From Octopus bimaculoides (lineage: Eukaryota), in NCBI RefSeq assembly GCF_001194135.2, contig NC_068992.1, positions 46,681,206 to 46,745,205 of the forward strand: a stretch of 64,000 nt of DNA. The letters are read 5' to 3'. Below, piece by piece: positions 40,983 to 54,096 of this stretch (within the stretch, counting starts at the first letter, position 1; each line of letters starts with the position of its first letter). The position numbers were made by a program, and so were the translations under genes. Below the pieces are notes generated by a model. That model did no database searches. It was not told the origin of the DNA and saw only the letters and a list, made by a program, of their open reading frames with translations.

Positions 40983-41160
40983 TTGTTCCTTTACTTGTTT
41001 CACCCACTGGACTGAGTCCATGCTGCTGTACAACATCGAAAGGTTTTAGTTGAACAGATAGACCCTTGCACTTCTTTTGAAGGTCTGGTACTTATTCCAT
41101 AATTCTCTATTGCCAAACCACTAGATTAGTGAGACGCAAACTAACTGAAACCAGTTGCCA
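40983..41160 (-). mobile_element. SINE family A, 3' half, diverged
   Basis: ttttacttgtttcacccactggactgagtccatgctg...ttttagttgaacagatagaccc...ggtacttattc...gccaaaccactagattagtgagacgcaaac...accagttgcca. Confidence 0.75.
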
Positions 41161-41170
41161 TACTGGAAAA

Positions 41171-41263
41171 CATGGTGGTGAGTTCAGTCTCACTGCGTGA
41201 CACCTTGGAAAAATGTCTTGTGAGTGGATTTGTTATACGGAAACTGTAAAGAAGCCCATCGTG

Positions 41264-41309
<46 letters not shown>

Positions 41310-41522
41310 GTATGTATGTTTATGTGTGTGTCTGTGTATATTTTATCCGATGCTGGCGTCTTTACGTCCTCCTAACTTAACGGTTCAGCAAAAAGGACCG
41401 ATAAGATGTGTACCAGGCTTACAAAGAATAAGATCTGAGGTTGATTTCTTCCACTAAAAGGTGGTGCTCCTGCATGGCCGCAGTCGAATGAATGAAACAA
41501 GTAAAAAGAACAAAGAGAGTAT
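41171..41522 (+). mobile_element. SINE family A, 5'-truncated
   Basis: gagttcagtctcactgcgtgacaccttgg...gtgagtggatttgttatacggaaactgtaaagaagcccatcgtg, (TA)n, then ccgatgctggcgtctttacgtcc...aggcttacaaagaataag...aaaggtggtgctcctgcatggccgcagtcgaatgaatgaaacaagtaaaaag. Confidence 0.88.
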
Positions 41523-41554
41523 ACATATATCGGCCTGCAGATGTTTGTGTGTAC

Positions 41555-41670
41555 CAGATCCACTCAAATGACGTTGGTCGGCCCGAAGCTATAGGAACCA
41601 TGCCCTGTGACTGAACCCGAAACCACAAGGTTGCGAAGCGATCTTCCTAACCACATATCCACGCAAGCAC
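41555..41670 (-). mobile_element. SINE family A, 5' half with internal deletion
   Basis: atccactcaaatgacgttggtcggcccgaagctatagg...gactgaacccgaaaccacaaggttgcgaagcgatcttcctaaccacatatccacgc. Confidence 0.8.
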
Positions 41671-42979
41671 TCGTTTCATATATCCCTTTACATATGTGTA
41701 TTATATAAGATATTTCGATATAACCCGTACAAATATCACGGACAGCCTGAAGAACGAGATATTTTAACACGTTTCTTTGATTGCAAAGTCAATATCCGTC
41801 GCTCTTTTTGTTGATTTTGCGCTTATATCAAAATAATTAAATTATATGCTCTGTAGTGTGTTACGTGCAATATTTGCTATCAATTATTTTAGATATTGAC
41901 TGACATATAAACAAAATATCAGAGGGAACATGCAAGACGTTTCGGAGCTGAATGAAGCCCAAGTAGATGGAAACTACGGTCCGATGGTTGTTAAACCCCA
42001 ATGCTAACCTAGGGCATTGTAACTCTAAAATTATTATAAAGAACTGTTCGATATATTTTGTTAAGGAGAATGAGTTAATTAATATGCTCAATTGAGCGTT
42101 ATGAAATTTTTTGTTAACTATTTGTCAAATGTGTACTATCAGAAGATGATTTATTCACGGTAATTATTAGTCAACAACTAATCTGAACGAGAGGAGTGTG
42201 TGGTTACAAAAATATTCTTATGTAGAGTTGGTCAGAATGCTGTTTAAAGGTAAAGGTTTACACATGTCTTATAAGGCCTAGTTATGGTAAATTTAAAATT
42301 GATAATGAATATACCAATTACGTACTATATGTTACGCAATAACAACAAAGAATATTTTCTAATTTAAATTTTTAACCCCCACTCCGCACCAAACAAATTA
42401 TGTGTGTCTAAAAAAAGCATATCTATTAACTGAGAAGTGTTCTATAAAAATATATTATTTTTTATATACCTTTCTAAAATCACTGTTATAATAAAATTCC
42501 TTTACATACATACATATAAACACATACACGCACATGCACACACGTACAGACACACTCATGGTGAGCAATATGCATCTACAGAGAGAGTGAGAGAGTGGTA
42601 AATATATATAGAGATGGGGAAAGTTTACAACGGAAAAGCCGATAAATGAAAGAGCTAGACAAATAGAGGGGGGAAGCAGAAGGATCTTCTCTAATGCTAT
42701 CAGAGATTTTAAATTCTAAAATTAAGTGAAGATTTAAAAATTTGAAATATTGATGTACTTTTTCAAGCTGAATCCGATTTTGCAATTCAATTATTTGTTA
42801 TTAAATGTTCCAGAGGTTTAAAGTTCGAACATTATTACCCAATCAGAGAACAAGATTTGGAAGCTAGCATTTTGTTGTGATAGCTGCGTATAATAAAATT
42901 AAAATAAGCAAGTCGAAATTTAAAACAGAATGAAAGCAATACCGGAGATATAATGCTAATACATATACAGGGGGAGGAG

Positions 42980-43031
<52 letters not shown>

Positions 43032-43917
43032 GTGGTAAATATATGTATACCTGATGGTGACAGATAGAGAGCGGAAGATGTGCTGATTTAAATGTTGAGT
43101 TATTTCTCGTAGCAAATTATATATTTGCATTATTATTTACGGAACACCTCTTTCGAACGGAGGCTTTGAAAATCAAATTCGTTTTCACCAGTATCGGTTC
43201 ACATCATTTCGGGGCTAAACTCACACACACAACTACATACACTCTCATTTATATAATATATATACGTATGTGTGTGTGTGTGGGGGGGCGTGCGTGCGTT
43301 AGTGTGTTTGTATGTATTTATGTTTACATGTATATATATATATGTATTTGTATATATTGGCAAGGAACTCAACGCAGATCTGTTTCATAAAATACAAACT
43401 GCTGACTCATTGATGGTAGACTATCATTTCATTAACGCAGCCAACTACGTCGATAACCCTTAATGTCTTGTTGGTTCATCAGTCAACTCTTCGACTTTGC
43501 GTAGTGTTTTAAGCAAAGCAATACTATATGCGCACTTTTACTGCCAAGACAGACTAAACTAGTCTATTTGTTTTATAAAAACTAACAAGTGAACATAATA
43601 AATTCATGTAAGTCGTTTAATATTACAAATTTTACCTTGGCTTTAAAACGAAAGAAGAATTATTGTGAATAGTGTAGCAATAGAAAATTTTAGAATCAGA
43701 TATCGGTCGCAGACCCATGAGAATTCTTGTGAAGTTGGTGCCAATACGAAACTCAAAACCTTCCAAATAGTCTCGCTTCTCTGATTTTTACAATATATTT
43801 CCTCCTTAAATAGTGTGTAGTTATTTTTGTTTTTGTTGTTTTATCGAATGTCTGCTATTTTAATGTATATGAATATAATTCATGTTGATGCCCCATCCAT
43901 TAAGTATACCTGATATT

Positions 43918-44021
<104 letters not shown>

Positions 44022-44855
44022 CGGGAGAGAAGGAGAGATACTAAGTTCATTATTATGCTTTAAAAGAAAACAATTTTCTGGTTGATATTTAAATGTGAGT
44101 CGCTCGTCAAAGTGTTTACCAGTTAATTCACACTTTACGTTTATATTCCCAAATATCATTTTACTTCAACTATTACATTCCCAAACGTCATTTCTCTTCC
44201 CATATATTATGTTCAAGCTATCAAATAACACGACATCATTTCCTACCTACCCAATTCCACTACCAAACCAATTACACGACATTTTATATTATCACGAGTA
44301 AAACTATTTAGGACTTCCTTAAACATACCATCACCATCATCATGCAATAACATAACATTTTCAAGAATTTATCAATTCTTCAACCATTCAACTTAAAGAC
44401 AAACCGCCTCGTAAATGGACCATTCATAAAGAAATCAGAATATTTATAGAAAATTGGTTTTCCGAGGTAGCTATTTCTTTTTTTACTACTTCCTTTATAT
44501 TTTTATCGTTTTTTTTTTTCTTAGAGACATTTTTCTTCGAAATTTTCAGCTTCAAAATAAGATCCTCGATAGATTTTTAAACAGAATTTCAGTCAAAGAC
44601 GGCACGAAATTTCCAAAGAAGGAATATACTTAAATAGTGGCAAAATTATACTAACTCAGTCTATATCTGATACGTATCAATTTAAGCATAAAATGAAATG
44701 AGTTCCAATGTATATTAGTCTTTCGAAAATATTCTGAGTCTAATGAAGCTTAGCACATCATACATACGTACATACATATCTATATATACATATTTATATA
44801 TATATACATATATATATGCATATACATATACACACATATATATGCATACACACAC

Positions 44856-44892
<37 letters not shown>

Positions 44893-45229
44893 TATATATA
44901 TNNNNNNNNNNATACACATACACACACACACACACACATATATATATGCATATACATACACACACACACACACACATATATATATGTATGTATATATGTA
45001 CGCATGTATGTATGTATGTATGTATACTAAAACATATGTCTCGGCTCTCAGTGTATATATGTAAAATTTTGCAGATTTACAACTTAGAAACCTCGCATAT
45101 ATCCACACCAAACTTCTTTTTTGGAAGTGGTAAAAGATGTAAAAAAAGAAAACAAAAAGCCCATAGTATTCTTCTTTGTGCTACAGACCCTAAGTACGTT
45201 ACCTGAAAATGTCTAGAAGGAAATTAATG

Positions 45230-45420
45230 AAAACGATAAAGCATTTCGTCTGTCTTTACGTTCAGAGTTCAAACTTCACCGAAGGCGTCTTTTCATTTCA
45301 TCCTTTCGGTGTCCATAAAATAATTACAATCAAGTACTGCGGAAAAGGTAATCGACTAGCGACCACCCTCAAAATTTCAGGCCTTCTGCCTGTAGTAGAA
45401 ATGATTGTTATTACTATAAT
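45230..45420 (+). mobile_element. SINE family B, 5'-truncated (first of three in tandem)
   Basis: gcatttcgtctgtctttacgttcagagttcaaac...tttcatcctttcggtgtccataaaata...taatcgact...aaaatttcaggccttctgcc, ATT-rich tail. Confidence 0.85.
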
Positions 45421-45436
45421 TACTATTTTTAGTATT

Positions 45437-45670
45437 AAGGCAGTGAGCTTGCAGTATAGTTAGCACACAAGACGAAATACTTTGCGGTATTTCGCTCGTC
45501 GGTACGTTCTGAGTTCAAATTCCGCTGAGGAATTTGTCATTTATCCGTTCGGTGGGGTCAATAAAGTAAGTACCAGTTGAAGACTTTGGTCACAATAATC
45601 GACTCATCCCTTCCTCCCACATTGCTGCCTTTGTGACAAAGTTTGAAATCATTGTTATTATTATTATTTT
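45437..45670 (+). mobile_element. SINE family B (second of three in tandem)
   Basis: aaggcagtgagcttgcagtatagttagcac...tacgttctgagttcaaattccgc...aataaagtaagtaccagttg...aatcgactc...gtgacaaagtttgaaatcattgttattattatt. Confidence 0.88.
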
Positions 45671-45677
45671 TATTATT

Positions 45678-45903
45678 AAGGCAGCGAGCTGGCAGAATCG
45701 TTAGCACCCCGGGCAAATGCTTTGCGGTATTTTGTCTGCCGCTACGTTCTGAGTTGAAATTCCGCCAAGGTCATCTTTGCCTTTCATCCTTTCGGAGTCG
45801 ATTAAATAAGTTTCAGTTACGCACTGGGATCGATGTAATCGACTAGTCCCCCTCCACACAAATTTCAGGCGTTGTGCCTCCAGTAAAAAGGAAAATTATT
45901 ATT
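45678..45903 (+). mobile_element. SINE family B (third of three in tandem, best preserved)
   Basis: aaggcagcgagctggcagaatcgttagcaccccgggcaaatgctttgcggtattttgtctgccgctacgttctgagttgaaattccgccaaggtc...tttcatcctttcggagtcgattaaataag...gggatcgatgtaatcgactagtccccc. Confidence 0.92.
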
Positions 45904-45947
45904 TTAGGTGTTATTATTATTATTAGTAGTAGTAGTAGTAGTAGCAG

Positions 45948-46093
45948 TATTCAGTAGTTTTATTTTTATAACGTGCTTTCACTTCACTACCGAGCGCAGC
46001 TCTTTGTGCCTTGGGTATGTGCTGTGGTTTGCTGTGATGCTCTTATGGTTACTGTATTGAAAGTGTTTTGCGTAGGATGTGTGCAGTGCCCAT
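45948..46093 (-). mobile_element. 5'-truncated R4/Dong-clade non-LTR retrotransposon (last codons plus 3' UTR)
   Basis: Minus strand 46093-46049 reads MGTAHILRKTLSIQ*, matching the C-terminal (L)GTAHILRK.L motif I associate with R4/Dong RLE-type ORFs. About 100 nt of 3' UTR follows. Both flanks are the same (TTA)n(GTA)n microsatellite. Confidence 0.75.
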
Positions 46094-48138
46094 ATCATTA
46101 TTATTATTATTAGTAGTAGTAGTATTAGTTAATGGTTATTTGGCAAAGATTGTATTTATAATACTTACGTACAAATGAATTTTAAAGACCACCCCTAAAT
46201 ATTTGTAAGGGAAACTTGTTATTTGTAAATATCTCTGAATGATTCCAATAAAACCTTTTTAATATGACTTTCAAGTAAAATTCTGTGGAATTGTAACGAA
46301 TATACAAAACCATTATAACATTTGTTAAATTTATATGTACATTGAAATTTAGATTTTATAGAATTTTGTTCTTTCATTTCACTTTTAAATCAGAAGTAAC
46401 CCCTCGTATAAGTACGAAAATAGCAGAAACTTTGAATGAGGCCTTCATTGAACGAAACGTTGCTTACCTACCTACCACATTGCTTTTGTTTCTCTTATAC
46501 AATTTCATATACACGCCATGTTATAGAAGACATTCTCAATGCTGTTAAGAAAGTGTTATTTATATATGATGGTTACTGCGTACATTATATAAGTTCATAT
46601 ATATTACAGCTGTCTATACAATATCGAACTGCCTGTGTAGTAATTTTCATTATATAATACAGGCTATCTTCCTTTAACAAGTTCCTCCCTTGTATATGGC
46701 TTCCTAAATTATAGAATTCTATATTGTGTTGCACTATCTATATTGGAATTTTCAGTATATAATGATTTCTTTTATTGGTATATAATAAGAACCCTCTGCG
46801 CGTGTGCGTACATGTACATACATACATACATACATACATACATACATAAATATATGCATACATACATAAATATGCGCATACATACATACATACATACACA
46901 CATACACATGCATTCTTGCATACATACACACACACACATACTGACATAAACACACATATACAATTACCTACAAACAACCATACATATATACATGCATTCA
47001 TAGTTTGTGTGAGTGTAGAAATGTATATGCGTATATGTATATATATAAGTGTACACTACGTGTTAGCATACAGCATGAATGTATGCATATATGTAAGTAT
47101 TTTTGTGCGTGTGTATGTATGTACGTGTGATAGTAATAAAGCAAATAATATTCTGTAATTTTAGCGAAAATACAGTTGCGTCTGAGCAAAGAGATCAACA
47201 AGCATGAAATGAATTCCTGTTTGGGGTTATAATATAATGGAATAAATTAAAGAGTAACACAGCCGTCACATTCAGCAACAAAAAAACATACCAGACACAC
47301 AGAGCTTCTCTCTAATATTCAGCATACTTATTAATACATATTGAAGAAAACAAAGCAGCTCACATATGTACTTGGTTCAATAGTTTACTCCGTCCCCAGA
47401 ACATTCTTAGAACAGTGAAAATCAAAACATTTCCCTACCCGCGAAAATCAAAGCAAAAATAGTGTACAAAAAATGCTTCATTGATTCATTTATTATTAGT
47501 CCTGTCTGAGCTCCAAATCAGTCCAAAAAAGAAAAAAATAATAATAAAATTACTAAACTACAACAAACACAAAAGACCCTCATGATTTATAATAGGTCTC
47601 GTACATACCACACTCACCGACCAAACTCACAGACGACACTCATACCATGCGCGCAGAACAACAGACAACGATCCAAGAAGGACAAAAAAAAAAAAGTCTT
47701 AAAATGAAGACCACCTGGAAATGCCCCAAAGTATTGGTCACATAGCTGACTCCGGTTCATCTCTAGATTCTGAGCTTTTGTCAGAATTCTTAGCAATACT
47801 GTCCGACTTTGAGTTTCACCGCTAAAACTATCTCTTATACAGCCCCCACAACTACTACAAAACATGCAAAACTATCTCCACCACCACAACTAGAGTCGGT
47901 TCTCCTACTACCATCACCACTATAATAAACAACAACAACAACAAGCACAACTATGATCACACTGATGCAAACAGCATCAGAAATGCCATGACCACTCATA
48001 GAACCGTCCTCCACCATCTCCCCGCACTAATACTGCTAAGAGTGCCACTCTCACCAGCAACCCACCCAACGTCACTCCCTCTTCCTCCTCTTACTACTAC
48101 TACTACCACTACCACCACCAAATGCATTCACTAAACAT

Positions 48139-48521
48139 TTTTCTTTTATTTGTTTCAACCAGTAAACTGAAGCCATGCTGGAGCACCACCTTGAGGATTC
48201 AGTCGGACAAATCGATCTCAAGTACCTTTCGTTTTTATCAGTTTCTTATGGCCAACCGATAGGTTACGGGGATGTAAACAAACCGACAGTGGTAGTCAGG
48301 CGTTGGTGGGGGACAAATACACACACAAAGACAAGCATACAGATATATGTAAACATATACAATAGGCTTCTTTCAGTTACCGTCTAAATAATCTACTCAC
48401 AATGTTTTGGTCGGTCGGGGCTAAAGTAGAAGACACCCGCTCAAGGTGCCACACAGTGGGACTGAACCTGAACCATGTTGTTGAGAAGCAAGCTTCTTAC
48501 CACACAGCTACGCCTGCGTCT
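48139..48521 (-). mobile_element. SINE family A, full-length
   Basis: Reverse complement of tail (ttttatttgtttca...gccatgctggagcaccacctt), 3' half (gttacggggatgtaaacaaaccgac...ggtgggggacaaatac), linker (ggcttctttcagttaccgtcta) and head (gtgggactgaacctgaaccatg...aagcaagcttcttaccacacagctacgcc). Confidence 0.92.
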
Positions 48522-49291
48522 AAGAAATTATAGGTAACAACCACAGAATTACACAAACAAGATGGCTTGTTATCTCACTGGACTGTGATATTATCGATAG
48601 GAGAGACACTTAACACAGGGACTAAAGTGGAGTTTAACCCCAGAATGTGACTGGTATGTAAATACCAGTGCTGTAGTAATAACAGAAAAAATTCAATTCC
48701 ACCATATTTTCAAAACGTAAAATAATAAGCCCATTCTGTTACAATCATTTAATTTGTTTCCTTACCATTTTTTTTTTTATTATCATTCAATTCCCTTCAA
48801 TAAATTTTGATACAAAACATAAATAGCGAAACATGCGATATGGATTCTTGTGGCAGTGAAGGATTTGGTCAGTGGAATTGGTCAGGATATAAAGAATTAA
48901 TATTTCACTTCAATCAATTCTGAGTGAAAAACATAAATGAGAACCTAATCCTAGGGTTTGGGGGGGAAATAATCAATCATGAATGATCGAAACTGTTTTT
49001 GAGAAGGATTAATATTTCAGTAAAGAGACTAAAATGCGATTGATGAAAGGAAGAATTCTCAAGAGCCTTTATGAATCAGAAAAAGAAAAGAAAATCATTA
49101 AATACAAAAAAAAAAAAAACAAGGCTAAAAATTTCTTGTTTTGAGGTTCGGTTTCATTTTTTAAGTACATAAATACCTAAATGCAAATATGCACACATAC
49201 GCATAAATGTATACACACACACATATTCGTACATACACATACATACGTATATACATATATATCTATATGTATATGTACATATATATGTGTG

Positions 49292-49340
<49 letters not shown>

Positions 49341-49370
49341 NNNNNNNNNNNNNNNNNNNNNNNNNNNNNN

Positions 49371-49409
<39 letters not shown>

Positions 49410-49555
49410 ATGTATGTATATATATCTATACATATTGCTAAACGTCACATTTTAATCCAGCAGTTGTGTATAGTATTGGAATAATCTGAATTTAATCCAG
49501 TGTTTTTCGGTATTTCGTGTTTATAAGCTGACAGATTATAGAACAAAGTATAACA

Positions 49556-49860
49556 TTTTAATAATAATAATAATAATAATGATAAAAATAATGATACTGA
49601 AAAAGCAAAAGATGGAGAAGACGATGAAGGTGAGAAGACGATGAAGTTGAGAAGAAAAAGAAAAGGAAGAAGACGAAAAAGAAGAAGAAGAAGAAGAAAG
49701 GGAAGAAGAAGAAGAAAAGGAAGAAGAAGAAGAAGAAGAATAAGAATAAGAAGAAAAGGAAGAATAAGAAGAATAAGAAGGAGAATAAGAAGGAGAATAA
49801 GAATAAGAAGAAGAATAAGAAGAAGAAGAAGAATAAGACGATGATGAAGAAGAAGAATTT
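49556..49860. repeat. (AAT)n then ~250-bp almost pure purine (GAA/AAG/TAA) array
   Basis: Direct reading. Source of the Arg-rich and Ser/Phe-rich ORFs. Confidence 0.93.
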
Positions 49861-52800
49861 TTGGAAAAACAAAAATAATACAAATAATCTTGTTAGCGTA
49901 GTTATTGATGCTAGTTGGATTAATTCAGATCGTGTAACTACATCAGTGCTCGACATAAATTAACCATTTGCAACACAAGCTGCTCAAATATAAACTGAGG
50001 GATTTTGATGATTCAAATGTTGTAGTTACCATTTTAATATTCATTCTTCATTAATACAGTCCAAAATTCGGTCTATGACTGCGCTGGTACTTAATTCTCA
50101 CAAATGGGATTCATTAATTCAAAACTTCTACAGGTTTCATTTTCTGTATTTCTACGTCTTCCTGTCGATTACATTATCTCTGCTCGATAACATATGGCAC
50201 AACTTGGTTAAGTTTAATCAGTTCCTAGTCTTATCTCTTTTTCTAAACATTCGGTTTCTTTAGTCGTCATTGTAAACTTCACCTATTTCAAAATCCTTAT
50301 CTTTAATAGATACTTATATTTTCTCACGAGCTACCAGTATTAGCGACGTTCCCGAGGATTACTGGTCTACTAATCGTCCAATATAAACACTTGCATACCA
50401 ATGAACTCTCTTCATGGGTCTTATTCCTAGCTGAGACATTATGTTAAATCAAGGCTTACAAACTAGGTTACATTTTACCCCATATAAGTTTTGCCTTGCA
50501 ATGTTTACTTTCATATTTATAGTGATGTACGTATTTGTTTTTAATAATAATTGTTTAAAATTTTGAAGTCGAGGCAAAAGAATTCTGGAAAGCATACATT
50601 GTGAAAAATACAAATTATGTTCCTTGCATCACTTGGGATTTAAAAATCTGTATTATATACTTGTAAGTTACTGTGTTGATAATAAAGTAGTCGAACTGAG
50701 AAGACTGTGTCTAGTTCTGATATGTGTTCGCTATTAATTCTTAAATAAAAGAAATAAAATTTTGCGTTACTTGAAATTGAAATGATATTTAAAACGGTAC
50801 TTTAAATTTATTTTCTGTCGGTTGTTTCATTGCGGTGCAAGACGGGGCACAAATGACTGAATTAAAGTAAAGTGTCGTATAAATTAACTTTCAAAAGTAA
50901 ATGGGACGAAAAATATTGGGAACACGTTTCACAGTCATATCTTCTTGCGTGCTCATTTGGCAAATCGAAGAATTGTTATTTGTATTTACTGAGGCCAACT
51001 TATTGTTAAAAAATAGAGCAAATTTGAAAAAAATTGAAACCGAACAATGCAAGTAAATTACTTGTTCATTTTACTTTGCTTTCACTATTTCAACTGACCG
51101 AACTGGAGTAAGGAGATCTTGTCATTGACGAGTCATAAATGGCGAAGAAAGAACTCTAACAAACTAGCTATTTGATTGATTGATTGAACTATTAAAATTT
51201 ATCGATTAGTTTATTGGTTAACTTGATGACAAATATTAATCAAAAGAAATAAAATAAAACCAGTGTTGATTGTGTTTCTTCTTCGCCAAATTACCCTCCT
51301 CAAAATACTATAACAATTGGCTTGTTTCTGTACTAAGCTGTAGCTGAGTTTGCTCGGGTAAGTGAACTGAGACTATTTCAGAGCAAAGCTTTTGCAAACA
51401 TAAACAACGAAAAGTAATCGAACATCTTTATTAGCTCTCTGGCAAACTATTCGCATGAACATCAACGTCAAAATCATGAAAATATTTTTCCGAGTTCGCT
51501 ATTTTGCTGTCACAGCCGCAAGTTAAATGGAACCAAGGATTTTAATCCTGAAACAGCACACGGGCATTCTATCTTGGTAAACTAGTGAACTAGGGTTAGA
51601 TACAGCACGGTTCGGCGAGCACTTGAAGATAATTACATAATTGATGAATATTTCATTAGCTAGTCAGTGTTCATTTTATATTCCTGTCTCATGGGTGTCA
51701 CCTGAAACAACGTGGGCTCTGCTTGGTTAATTTCCCGTTGATACACAACGTTAATGCAGATGACTCCAGTTACCACATGATGTTATGACAAATGAGATAT
51801 GGACGTATATGCATACATACGCGCGTATATATATTATATATATGCTCATTAACATACGCCTTATAGCTATGCACACGCGTATGTGCTCACAAACACACAC
51901 ATGTGACGCGCTTTATCTCGCCTCTATATAATTTAATATAACATATTGTTTCAAGAAGAGTTTGAACAAATACCGATTTGCTAAGCGCATACATTAACGT
52001 ACTTAACACATTTAATAATATTCCTATAAACATTCACTGATAGTTCTATAGCATTCTGTTAATATGAAATAGCAATGTAACTACAACATGGTTTTGGTCT
52101 ATTCAAAGTGTCCGACAGGAACAGGGATTTTGTTACTAAAGCAATTTTCCGGATAATGTATAAATTCCGTCTATTACGAATTTAATCTCCACTGAGCCTC
52201 GTTCTGATACTATTGAACTTGTCACATCAATCTTGCCTTGCTCCCCGGTGACCATATACACATTGTTTCATATAGAAAACTAAATACATGTCTTGTTGCT
52301 ATAATCCACCCAGACACCTGGGTGTGAGGGAAAAGGGGAAAGAGAATGCGAGAGAAAGAAAGAGAGGAGAGTGACAGAGAGTGTGTGTGTGTGTGTATGT
52401 GTGCATATCTGTGAGGATGTGTTAGTGTTTACGTGTGTGGTTAAGCTAGCAGAGTGGGAGGAGCGGAAAGAGGGATAGAATGTCACATAGGGAGTTCGTA
52501 TAATCGTGAGTACGGTAGTGTAGGCGTGTGTATGTGTGCACGTGCGCGAGTGTGTGTGTGTGTGAGTGTATTTATACATATTTATGTGATGTGCAAGTTG
52601 AGAGGAGAGAGATAGTGGGACGAGCAAAATGAATATATCTTTATTTATGAGCGGTTGTCCGTGTCAGTGTTGGAATATACGTCTAGATGTACGAGGCGCC
52701 GTGAGAAAGGGGAAGTGAGCAGTAAACTGTATACGTTTGCGTATATGAACAAGTGTCTCTGGGTTTGTGTGAATGTGTATGTATGAGGTTCAGTGAAAGA

Positions 52801-53812
52801 GGAGATTGAGAGAGAGGCAAAAGGAATCTGTAAGGTGTTTATGTGCAAATGCGCTTCAGTATTTACAAGAGCTAGAGTGAGAGGCAAGATACATATATAT
52901 ATATATATTTATTTATTTATTGAGAGATATAGAGAGAGAGAGATAGGTAGAGGCCTGTAAATATCTGTGCGTATATGTGTAAGTGTGCATGTGTTTATAT
53001 TTTACTCTGAATGTATGTGCGAATGAAATACATAGAGGAGTCGTCCGCACAAAAATGGAGTTGATGTATGCGTGATAGGGCATGCGCTTTCTGTGTCAAT
53101 ATGCGTACATGAATGTGTGTGTGTGCATGTGTGTGTATGTATGTGTGCTTGTGTGTCTCTTACAATGAGTTTCAGAGTAAGACGAGAAAAAAAAAATCAG
53201 GTTGAATATGTATATGTACTTCAGTGTGCGTGTATGTGCTTGTGTGTTTGTACTAGTGTGGATATATGCGAAAATGCACGTGAATCTGTGATACTGTGTA
53301 CTTGTGTGAGCATGCATGCATTGTCGTTTACTGTGTATGTGAATGCATGTCTGCATGACTGTGCATATATACATGAACGTACATGCGAGAGTATGTAAGT
53401 GTGTATATCTGTGTATGTGCATGATTGTGAGTAAGGATTTAGAGATATGTGTATTCATAAAAATACGTTCCGTGTGTATGTACGTATTGCTGTATTTAAT
53501 CACAGGATAGGATAATTGCTTGCAGTAGTATATTAATAAATGTGCATAGATAAGCAACCGTGTCTCATTCTGATAGCTATTTCCAACATATTGGTCGTTC
53601 CGCTGCTCGAAGTCAAGACCCGGACAGGCAATGCAACGTCACTTTCCAACACCTTCGTCTAATATGAAGATCGAAAAACCATCACCATGAACAAACAAAC
53701 AACTGCAGTTATACTCATCTATTGTTATATCAACAGACCAGCCATGCCAGTGAAATCTAGAAGATTTGGAAGATCTTTCAGTTGCTGGACATCTTCCATC
53801 TACACAACTTAC

Positions 53813-53837
53813 GTTTAATATCCAGAGCATCTTTTAC
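53813..53837 (-). other. Candidate 25-nt micro-exon (CTCTTCGTTTCTCACTCTGTCCAG|GTAAAAGATGCTCTGGATATTAAAC|GTAAGT)
   Basis: Very strong polypyrimidine acceptor and a consensus GTAAGT donor 25 nt apart. Reads VKDALDIK, or contains ATG MLWILN. CAG|GTAAAA could alternatively be a donor. Confidence 0.35.
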
Positions 53838-54096
53838 CTGGACAGAGTGAGAAACGAAGAGTTGTGAGAAGAGTTTGCTGGTGACTCAGCAGTAGTAAGT
53901 ATATGTGTGAGTATATGTGTGTGTATGTAAGAGGATTCATGGGAATATTTGTGTGTGCGCGCAATGGAAGCGAGATGGTGAATATTCAACACTGAAAAGA
54001 AAAATGTAACAGCGTTTCAACTCTGTGTCAGTATATATGTGTATGTGTGTGCGTGTACAAGGGCATTATATGAATGTTTGTACTTGTGATTATTAT

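Noticed and set aside
47827-48133. ~100-codon Thr/Asn-rich open frame on the plus strand
   Set aside because: Built from decayed ACC/ACT/AAC repeats and ends at a SINE tail.
49641-49844. Protamine-like Arg-rich ORF
   Set aside because: Translation of the GAA/TAA microsatellite, starting at an incidental ATG.
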